From: an uncultured Gemmatimonadales bacterium
GTDB taxonomy: Bacteria; Gemmatimonadota; Gemmatimonadetes; Gemmatimonadales; GWC2-71-9
Direction of reading: 5' to 3'
NCBI GenBank assembly: GCA_963739455.1
Contig: CAVUAK010000002.1
Span: 256,001 to 320,000, forward strand
DNA: 64,000 nt
In this document: positions 55,330 to 63,234 of the stretch, in pieces
Layout of the letters: each line of letters begins with the position of its first letter
How positions within the stretch are numbered: position 1 is the first letter of the stretch
Program-made: the position numbers and the translations under genes
Notes under the pieces: generated by a model
The model's database searches: none
What the model was told of the DNA's origin: nothing
What the model saw: the letters and a program-made list of their open reading frames with translations, nothing else

Positions 55330-55539
55330 ATGTCGTTGCTCGAGTACGTGACGCCGCGCAAGCTTGAGGACCCGGCTGACTACACGACGTCCAAGGCCAT
55401 GCTCGTCAAGGAACGGCGCACCTGGCTCACCAGCGGAGCCAACGTCATCGAGGGGCGCGTGTGGCGCCACGCCGAGATCGTGATCGAGGCGAAGCACTCG
55501 CAGTGGGACCGCGAGAACTGCCGCCAGCGGGTCGCCTAG
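55330..55539 (+). CDS. Small hypothetical protein (69 aa)
   Basis: AGAAGG upstream; GC3-rich codons; MSLLEYVTPRKLEDPADY...RQRVA. Confidence 0.55.
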   Translation: MSLLEYVTPRKLEDPADYTTSKAMLVKERRTWLTSGANVIEGRVWRHAEIVIEAKHSQWDRENCRQRVA

Positions 55540-55545
55540 GCTCGG

Positions 55546-56142
55546 CTAGCGCGAGTAGAACTCCACGACGAGCGGCAGCTGACAGATCACGGGGATCTGG
55601 GTTGCCTCGGGAAGCTCGCGCAGCCGGGCGCCGTCACCCCGAAGTTCCAGATATGACGGTGCACGGGTGGCCTCCATGGCCATCACCACCTGCGGAATGG
55701 CGCGAGCCTTCTCCGTGAGCGCCACCTCGTCGCCCGGCTTCACCGCGTGGCTCGGGAAGGAAACCCGCCGCCCGTTCAGCTTCACGTGCCCGTGCACCAC
55801 CAGCTGGCGCGCAGCGAAGATGGTGCGCGCGTAGCCGGCGCGAAGCACGAGCGCGTCGATGCGCGTCTCCAGCAACTGCAGGAGGGCCGCGCCCACGTTA
55901 CCACCCCGTCGTGACGCTTCCTCGAAGTAATTCCTGAGCTGCCGCTCACCAACATTGTACTGCGCCCGCAGCCGCTGCTTCTCCATGAGCTGCCGCTTGT
56001 AGTTGGACATCTTGCCCGGCCGTTGGTTCTGGCCGTGCTGCCCCGGCGTGCCAGGACGCCGGTCCAGGTGCTTCTGCGCCTTGGGCGTGAGGGGAATGCC
56101 GAGCTGGCGCGAGATGCGCACCTTGGGACCGCGGAGATTCAT
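55546..56142 (-). CDS. rpsD: 30S ribosomal protein S4, stand-alone copy without N-terminal Zn-ribbon cysteines
   Basis: GPKVRISRQLG, PGQHG, QLMEKQRLR..Y, LETRID, ARQLVVHGH, VVEFYSR. Confidence 0.95.
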   Translation of the reverse strand: MNLRGPKVRISRQLGIPLTPKAQKHLDRRPGTPGQHGQNQRPGKMSNYKRQLMEKQRLRAQYNVGERQLRNYFEEASRRGGNVGAALLQLLETRIDALVLRAGYARTIFAARQLVVHGHVKLNGRRVSFPSHAVKPGDEVALTEKARAIPQVVMAMEATRAPSYLELRGDGARLRELPEATQIPVICQLPLVVEFYSR

Positions 56143-56381
56143 GCGTCGCTTCCTTCAAAGCGGATGCCGAGTGACTGCTCGAGAGAACGGTAGATCTGCT
56201 GGAGGTTCGTGTTGGCCTCACCCAGTGCCGAGGCCAGCGCACCGAGACCCTCATCGGTGACGTGCGCGGTAATGCCGCCCACCGAGATATGGATGGAGCC
56301 ACAGCTGCACCGCTCCACTGCCACGAAGTCATTGGCTGCGAGCAGCTGGAGGGAGCCGCACTGGACTGAACGCGGTGTCAT
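56139..56381 (-). CDS. Small Cys/His-motif hypothetical protein (80 aa)
   Basis: GGAGA RBS; CSCGSIH motif; ATGA overlap with rpsD. Confidence 0.7.
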   Translation of the reverse strand: MTPRSVQCGSLQLLAANDFVAVERCSCGSIHISVGGITAHVTDEGLGALASALGEANTNLQQIYRSLEQSLGIRFEGSDA

Positions 56382-56400
56382 CGGGTCTCCGGGTCAGGCA

Positions 56401-56440
56401 TTGAGAATGACGCGCCACGGTTGAGAATGAATGTCAACCG
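56401..56440. promoter_or_regulatory. Fur/Zur-family operator candidate
   Basis: CGGTTGA-GAATGAATG-TCAACCG palindrome at 56418-56440; TTGAGAATGA repeated at 56401 and 56421; contains TTGACA on the minus strand. Confidence 0.6.
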
Positions 56441-56474
56441 ATATTTCCAGCGCCAACAATGTAACCCGAAGCAA

Positions 56475-56948
56475 TTACTCGGCAATAGGAAATCCTACGG
56501 AGGCCAGCCGATCGGCCGGCACGGCAAGCAGCAGGTCGATTCGCCGCGAAAGGAGGTTCCGCGCCCCCTCGAATGCGCGCTGCTTCACCTCATTCGATCC
56601 CTCCACCTCGGCGGGGTCGTCCATGCCCCAATGGGCGAATGTTGGCTGACCAGGAAAGACCGGGCACGCTTCCTTCGCATTGTCACAGACAGTGATGATC
56701 AGGTCCCAGTGCTGGTTCACGAGCCCGTCGATCCCGCGCGGTTGCCTGCCCTCCCAGGAAATGCCGATGTCGGCAAGTGCCTGAATGGCGTATGGATTGA
56801 CTCGCGCCGCCGGCCGGGAGCCGGCGCTCTCGGCGTGAAAGCGGCCCTGCCCCTTCCGGTTGAGGAGTGCCTCAGCCATCTGGCTGCGCGCCGAATTGCC
56901 GGTGCAGAGGAACAGCACGCGATACGGCTGCCTCGCCAGACTAGACAT
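56475..56948 (-). CDS. arsC: Arsenate reductase, LMW-PTPase/thioredoxin type
   Basis: FLCTGNSARSQMAE, TVCDNAKEACP, HWGMDDP. Confidence 0.9.
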   Translation of the reverse strand: MSSLARQPYRVLFLCTGNSARSQMAEALLNRKGQGRFHAESAGSRPAARVNPYAIQALADIGISWEGRQPRGIDGLVNQHWDLIITVCDNAKEACPVFPGQPTFAHWGMDDPAEVEGSNEVKQRAFEGARNLLSRRIDLLLAVPADRLASVGFPIAE

Positions 56949-57600
56949 GCTTCGTTCCCTTTCTGAGATAGTCATATGCGACGACGGCGAGGCCCGCGCC
57001 GACCATCGGGCCAACCCAGTAGATCCACTGCTCCTGCCAAATGTCATTCGCGAAGGCTGGTCCGAAGCTGCGCGCCGGATTCATGCTCGCCCCTGTCAGC
57101 GGCCCCGCCATGAGTGCCTCGCCTCCCACCGTCGCGCCGATGGCGAGGCCGGCCACCGCGCCCGCCACGCGTGCGTCGGTCGCCACGGCCATGATCACGA
57201 GCATGAGGAAAAATGTCAGGACACCCTCGAGGGCGACGGCGGATCCGGGAGGCAGGATGGTGGTCGTCATGCTCCCGCGAGCTGACGCACCGAGTAGCAC
57301 GCGCAGGAAGAGGGCGGCGACGGTGGCACCGGTGAGTTGCGCGCCGACATAAGGGACCACGTCAGCTCGGGGGAAGCGTCGGGCCAGCCAGAAGCCGAGT
57401 GTCACGGCGGGATTGAGGTGCGCGCCCGAGATATGGCCAAGGGCATACACTGCGGCGATGAGGACAAAGGCGAATGCCAACGCGACGCCGGTGTGGGTTA
57501 CCGAATCAGGCACGAGACGATCAACCGCCGCTGCCCCCGGGCCAACCAGGACGAGCATGAAGGTGCCGACTGCTTCTGCGGCAAGCCGCGCGCCTTTCAC
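56941..57600 (-). CDS. MIP/aquaporin-family channel in the ars operon
   Basis: ISGAHLNPAVT and TGASMNPARSFGP; six TM segments. Confidence 0.9.
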   Translation of the reverse strand: MKGARLAAEAVGTFMLVLVGPGAAAVDRLVPDSVTHTGVALAFAFVLIAAVYALGHISGAHLNPAVTLGFWLARRFPRADVVPYVGAQLTGATVAALFLRVLLGASARGSMTTTILPPGSAVALEGVLTFFLMLVIMAVATDARVAGAVAGLAIGATVGGEALMAGPLTGASMNPARSFGPAFANDIWQEQWIYWVGPMVGAGLAVVAYDYLRKGTKHV

Positions 57601-58046
57601 TTCGACCCTGCCATCCGACGCATGACCACCGCCGAAGCCGGACAAGCCACGGCGAACTCCACGGAATTGCGGATCCCATGCGGCACGTCGCTGCGCGCCG
57701 TCACCTCGAAACCACGGCGATGGAAGAATGCCTCGGCGGTGTCGGTAAGAAGGAAAGTGTGGCGAGCGCCGAGTTCCCAGGCCATCGCGAGGGCGGCGTC
57801 CGAAAGGAGCGCCCCGAGACCGCCACCACGGTGTGAAGGCGCCACGACCACCGACCGCAGCAGTGCGGCGTCACCATAGAGCTCGAGGCCTGCCGCCCCC
57901 ACAACGAGATCGTCGTCCTCGGCGACCAGAAAGTGCTCGAGCTCCTCAGAGAGGCCATCGAGCGGCAGCCTGGCCGCAGCAAGGAGCTCGCAGACGCCAC
58001 GACGATCGGCGGCGCCTGCGATGCGAATGGCGGCTCTCGTGCTCAC
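57597..58046 (-). CDS. arsN2: Arsenic-resistance GNAT acetyltransferase, ArsN2-like
   Basis: [42 protein letters not shown]; ars operon context. Confidence 0.8.
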   Translation of the reverse strand: MSTRAAIRIAGAADRRGVCELLAAARLPLDGLSEELEHFLVAEDDDLVVGAAGLELYGDAALLRSVVVAPSHRGGGLGALLSDAALAMAWELGARHTFLLTDTAEAFFHRRGFEVTARSDVPHGIRNSVEFAVACPASAVVMRRMAGSK

Positions 58047-58867
58047 GCAGCCGGCTTCCGCGCCCGGATGAATGCCCCCATGACGCGGCCGCCCACTTCG
58101 CGCGCCAGGACTTCGGTATCGAGGCCCGCCCCGCCAAGGAACGCCGCGGCGTCCTCAAACTCGTAGACTCGCGTCGGCTCGATGGAGACGTCGGTGAAGC
58201 CAGTCGCCTCCAGCATCGAGATGAACTGCCTGCTCCTCGAGCGCGCCTGCCACGCAGCCGACCCAGAGTTCCATGCTGTGGCGCACCGCGGGCGGTACAT
58301 CGCCCCGGATCACCACGTCCGACACCGCCAGCCTGCCACCCGGCTTGAGCACCCGAAAGGCCTCGGCGAAGACCTGGCGCTTGTCCACCGACAGGTTGAT
58401 GACGCAGTTCGAGATGATCACGTCCACCGTATTGGCAGGCAGCGGGATCTCCTCGATGGTGCCCTTGAGGAACTCGACGTTTGTGGCGCCGGCCTTCAGG
58501 CTTGTTCGACCGGGCGAGGGCCAGCATCTCGTCAGTCATGTCCAGGCCATACGCCTTGCCGGTGGGCCCGACGCGCTGCGCCGAGAGCAGCACGTCGATG
58601 CCGCCGCCGCTGCCGAGGTCGAGTACGACTTCGCCTGCGTGCAGGTCCGCGAGGGCGGTGGGGTTGCCGCACCCGAGCGACGCGAGGACTGCGGTCTCGG
58701 GCAAGGGTCGCCGTCTGCTCGGCGCTGTAGAGGTTGGCAGTGATCGGGTCATCGGATCCGGCGCCGCAGGATCCGCCGCAGCAACTGTTCGACTGCCCCT
58801 GCACTACCCTCAGGGCGGCGCCGGCGTAGGCCTGGCGCACCGCTTCCCTCGTGTCGGTGTTGCTCAT
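58043..58867 (-). CDS. arsM: Arsenite S-adenosylmethionine methyltransferase (frame breaks near 58705, 58500 and 58230)
   Basis: [51 protein letters not shown]. Confidence 0.9.
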
Positions 58868-58877
58868 TGCAGTGCTC

Positions 58878-58895
58878 CATCAAGAATGGTTGATG
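58878..58895. promoter_or_regulatory. ArsR operator candidate 2 (between arsR and arsM)
   Basis: CATCAA-GAATGG-TTGATG perfect 6-6-6 palindrome abutting the arsM RBS (GGAG). Confidence 0.7.
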
Positions 58896-58912
58896 CATTA
58901 GAGCCGAACAAT

Positions 58913-59231
58913 TCAGCCACAGCAGCGGGCCGCCTTCCTCCAGCCGCTGGATGGCGCACTGGTGAGGAAAGGTCGCGACCTCGTCGACCGCTTCGTCGAC
59001 CAGGGTGTAGTAGACCCAACGTCCGTCGCGCCGGTCGGTGACCAGGCCGGCGTCCTTGAGGACCTTGAGATGGAAGGACAGGCGCGACTGGGCGGCGTCG
59101 AGGGCGCTTGTCAACTCGCACACGCACTGCTCGCCCGGCTTGAGCAGGGCGATGATCTCCAGGCGAGTCGGGTCGGACAGGGCCCGGAGGCGCTGCACGG
59201 TGCGGGTGAGGTCGACGGTCGGTTGGGCCAT
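58913..59231 (-). CDS. arsR: ArsR/SmtB metalloregulator (frame break near 58968)
   Basis: [40 protein letters not shown]; corrected tail [18 protein letters not shown]. Confidence 0.9.
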
Positions 59232-59236
59232 GACGT

Positions 59237-59266
59237 AGTATACATCAAGTTGTATTGATATGTCAA
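59237..59266 (-). promoter_or_regulatory. ars promoter with ArsR operator 1
   Basis: TTGACA-18 nt-TATACT, 5 nt before the arsR ATG; ATCAA-GTTGTA-TTGAT (59244-59259) fills the spacer. Confidence 0.8.
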
Positions 59267-59331
59267 GCGGGGCCACGACCGAATGACCGGCCCCGGATTG
59301 CGTCGGCGCGACCGACTTGCTAGCCTGCCGC

Positions 59332-59947
59332 ATGACCGACTCAACTCCCAAGGGAACGCCGCTCGGCGCCGGCCGACTGGAAGCGTTCAGCGACGGCGTC
59401 CTCGCCATCATCATCACGATCATGGTGCTCGAGCTGAAGGTGCCGCACGACGACTCGGTCGCGGCGCTTGCTCCCCTGATACCGGTGTTACTGAGCTACC
59501 TGCTCAGCTTCGTGTACGTCGGCATCTACTGGACCAACCACCACCACATGATGCATACCTGCGCCAGGGTGACGGGCCCGATACTCTGGGCCAATCTTCA
59601 CCTGCTCTTCTGGCTGTCGCTGGTGCCGTTCGTCACCGGATGGATGGGCGAGAATCACTTCGCGTCGATCCCGACAGCCTTGTACGGCGTGGTGCTCTTC
59701 ATGGCAGGGATGGCCTACGTGATCCTGCAGCAGCAGATCATCGCGTCGCAGGGTCCGGACTCGTTGCTGACAGCGCGCCGTGCAGGGCGACCGGAAGGGG
59801 AAGGCATCCGAACTGCTGTATCTGGTGGCGATCCTGCTGGCATTTCGGTGGCGGTGGGCCGCGCAGGCGATCTACGTCTTCGTGGCGCTGATGTGGCTGG
59901 TGCCCGACAAGCGCATCGAGGAGACACTCGCCAGCCGGGGGAGCTGA
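59332..59947 (+). CDS. TMEM175-family (DUF1211) membrane protein/K+ channel (frame breaks near 59780-59800)
   Basis: RLEAFSDGVLAIIITIMVLEL, YWTNHHH, NLHLLFWLSLVPF; tail LVPDKRIEETL in another frame. Confidence 0.88.
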
Positions 59948-59975
59948 CCAGTGAGAAGCCTGGTTTTGTATCAAG

Positions 59976-60061
59976 TGCCCGGAGCAGGACTCGAACCTGC
60001 ACGAGGATTGCTCCTCAACGGATTTTAAGTCCGCGACGTCTACCAGTTTCGCCATCCGGGC
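59976..60061 (-). tRNA. tRNA-Leu(UAA)
   Basis: GCCCGGA acceptor stem, anticodon arm GCGGA-CTTAAAA-TCCGT, long variable arm, GGTTCGAGTCC T-arm; CCA not encoded. Confidence 0.95.
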
Positions 60062-60075
60062 CTACCACCTGTAAC

Positions 60076-61234
60076 CTACACCGGCTGCGTCAGCGGTCGA
60101 TCTTCACACCGCCGCTCGCCCGACCTTCCCACACCTGCGGCGTGCGGCCGTACTTCCGGCGCAAATCCCTCCTGGATCCGCGCCACCACTGCATCCGCCG
60201 ACCGCTCCGGCGCGAGGACGATCACGACGCCACCCCACCCTGCCCCGGTCAACCGCGCGCCCGTGGCACCCGCTTTTCGCGCCAACGCGACGATGGCGTC
60301 GGCCTCATCGCACGACGACTCGAAATCGCGACGCAGCGAGTCGTGACCGGCGTAGAGAAGTTCGCCAAACCGAGTCCGTCGACCGCGGCGGAGCGCGTCC
60401 ACCCCTTCGTGCACTCGCGCCGTCTCCGTCACCACGTGCCGGACCCGTCGCGCCAGCGTTCTCGGCAGTTCGCGCCCGACCCTCGGCAGCGCCCGAACGG
60501 GGATCTCGGCGAGCGAGTTCAGTTCCGGGCATGAAGCGACGGCATCGTCGCAGTGCCTCCTCGCACTCGATGCGGCGGTGCTCGTACTCCCCGGCCACCA
60601 GCGCGTGGCGAAGCCCGCTGTCGATCATGCGCACGCTGCCTGTGAACGGCGCCTGGCGTCGTTCGCCCGTTGCGGCGTCGAACTCGAGCGCCTTCCCCGC
60701 CCGCCCGAACACCGCGATGGTCTGGTCCATCCGGCCACAGCGCACGCCGGCATAGCCGGTTTCGGCGCGCCAGGCGACGTCGACCAGTGCGTCGGGGGCG
60801 AGGCGCCGGCCGGCCAGCGTCGACAGGGCCGCCGCCGCGCTCACGGTGAGTGCCGCCGACGACGAGAGCCCCGCGCCCGCCGGCACCGTACTCGCCACCG
60901 TGACGTCGGCACCGGACAGGTCGACGCCCAGGGCACCGAGCTCGCGCACCACCCCGACCAGGTAGTCGGACCAATGACCGCGTGGCCCGTCCTCGATGCG
61001 CCGCTCCACCACGCCCGGCTCGAGCGTCGACGCAAAGCGAAAGCCGTGCGCCGGCCGTGCATGGACGACGGTGCGGAGGTCGAGGGCAATCGGGAGGACG
61101 GGCCCCCCGTTATAATCGGTGTGCTCACCCAGCAGGTTGACGCGGCCGGGCGCCGACGCGGATACCTCCGGCGCCGTGCCGAAGAGTTCGCGAAAGAGTG
61201 CATTCCCGGCTTGTCGCGGTCCCTGTTTCGCCAT
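60076..61234 (-). CDS. galK: Galactokinase (frame break near 60500-60530)
   Basis: APGRVNLLGEHTDYN, PAGAGLSSSAA, CGRMDQ; GARLTGAGWGG in the second frame. Confidence 0.88.
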
Positions 61235-61261
61235 TCCGCAGTGCCCGTCGGAGGAAACCTG

Positions 61262-62825
61262 GTGCGGCTTGTCTGGTGCGCGCTGCTGACGACCCTGTTG
61301 CTGCCGGCTGCGAGCGAGGCCCAGCTGGCGCCGATCGGCATCCCCCGCGGACTGCTGCGGTTCGGGATCGATGGCTCGTTCGCGTATGCGAACGAGCGCT
61401 TCAACGACGGCACGCGCGAGAACCTCGGCGCCAACTTCACGTCACCCGCGCTTGGGTCGGACCAGATTCCGACGCTCGCCGAGGCCGACCAGCGCATCGC
61501 GGTACTGCTGAACCAGCCCGGCTACAAGCTGAATCTCGGCGCCTCGATCGGAACGGCGCAGGTGTCGAGCGGCACCGGCGCGTTCAGCATTGGCCTCGGC
61601 ATTACCCGTGGCCTCGCGATCTACGGCCGGCTTCCCATCGTCAGCACCTGGTGGAGGCAGGGCGTCTCCATTGATACCGCCACATCCACGGCCGGTGTCA
61701 ACCAGGCCGATCCGGTGATCGGGAACACCACCGGTGCCTCGGTGGCGGAGTCGTTCTTCACCGAGTTCAACACCTCACTGGCGGGACTGGAGCAGCGCAT
61801 CGCCTCTGGCGTCGTACGATGGCGATCCCACGCAAAAGGCGCTCGCCATCCAGACGCTCGCCTCGGGCACGGCCCTGTCGGACAGCCTCAGCGCGTTGAT
61901 CACCAACGCCGGCACGGCGTCGCCATTCCTGCCGTTGGCCTCGAGCAGCGCCGGCCAGACGCTGAGTGGGCAGGTCACCTCGGTGCAGCAGGCCCTCGAC
62001 GGCTCTAGGCGCGGGCGGGTTCACTGCCGCGCTGCCGTTGCCCACGGACCCGGCACAGGCAACCGACCTCAATAGCTACGCCACCGCGGCATCAGGCTCC
62101 ATCGGGTATTCGTCGCTCACCAACAGCAAGCGCACCGGCATCGGCGATGTGGAAGTTGGCGCGGTGTACACCGCGATCGATCACTGGAATGCCGATGCCG
62201 CGCGCGGCGTGCGCCTCGCTGCCATCGGCACGGTCCGCTTCCCGACCGGTGCGGTGGCCCTGCCGACTGACCCCTATGGCGTTTCCCTCGGGGCCGGCAC
62301 TCCCGCCGATCGGATTCGGCCTGGCGCTCGATCTCGGCGGAGGCACGTTCGGGGCCCGGATCAGCGGCGGATACCTGCTCCAGCTTTCAGGGGACTTCAC
62401 GCGCCGGGTGGGCAGTCCCCTGACGGCGATCGTGCCGCGCAGTGCCACCGCCGACGTGACCGTGAACCCTGGCGACCAGGTCCGTATCGGCATTGCACCG
62501 TTTGTCCGCCTGGCGCGCGCGTTCGGCGTCGTGGGTTCGGCGGTGTGGCTCAACCAGGGCACGGACGACGTGCGCTACGCCACCGCCGCCGACTCGGTGC
62601 CCGGCGTACCGGCCTCCCTCCTGGCGGAGGGGACGGGAGCATCGCGGTTCCTGCTGTCGATCGGGGTGACATACTCTTCACCGGGCACGCGCGCAGATGG
62701 TACCGGCCGGCATGCCGATCGACGCCGGCTGGCGCTGGGAAACGACGGTGGCTTCGTCCGGGGGCATCGCCACGAGCTGGTCGGCGATCGTGTTCTTCGC
62801 CCAGATCTACGCGCGGATCTGGTAG
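61262..62825 (+). CDS. Hypothetical exported/outer-membrane protein (several frame breaks)
   Basis: Signal peptide ending ASEA/Q; GIGDVEVG and RFPTG beta-barrel-like motifs; terminal QIYARIW. Confidence 0.6.
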
Positions 62826-62834
62826 GGCCCCGGT

Positions 62835-63234
62835 TCAGCTTATCGTCGTTGCGAAGGCGTTCGATAGCCCGCCGATCTCGCTTGGTGGGACGGCCGCCTT
62901 CGTAGAACGACCGGCGGTGGCGCGCTTCGAAGTCGCTCGGCGGTACGCTCCCGCGCTGCAATGCTCTCGGCGGTCTCCTCGTACAGTTCCCTCGCCACCG
63001 CACGCCGGTCCCCGACGCCCCGACAACCCGCGCACCACCACGATGATGCTGGTAGGGCCCGAGCCGGATCGAGAGCCGGTCGCCGACATGCACGGCGCGC
63101 CCCCGCTTCGGCCGGTCGTCGTTGACGTCGATCTTGCCACTCTCGATCGCGTCCGCGGCCAGGGCGCGTGTCTTGAAGAAGCGCGCGGCCCAGAGCCACT
63201 TGTCGAGCCGGGTCTTTTCGTCGTGCTCTGTCAC
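62835..63234 (-). CDS. hslR: Ribosome-associated heat shock protein Hsp15 (S4 domain; frame breaks)
   Basis: RLDKWLWAARFFKTRALA, LYEETAES, GRPTKRDRR. Confidence 0.88.

Noticed and set aside
56475..57600. Aquaporin-ArsC fusion split by an error
   Set aside because: The aquaporin ends naturally, and arsC has its own purine-rich RBS and ATG in an 8-nt overlap. Reads would be needed to exclude a fusion fully.
59317..60534. 405-aa TMEM175 with a long C-terminal domain
   Set aside because: The extension runs through the tRNA and antisense galK after an indel. The real tail ends at 59947.
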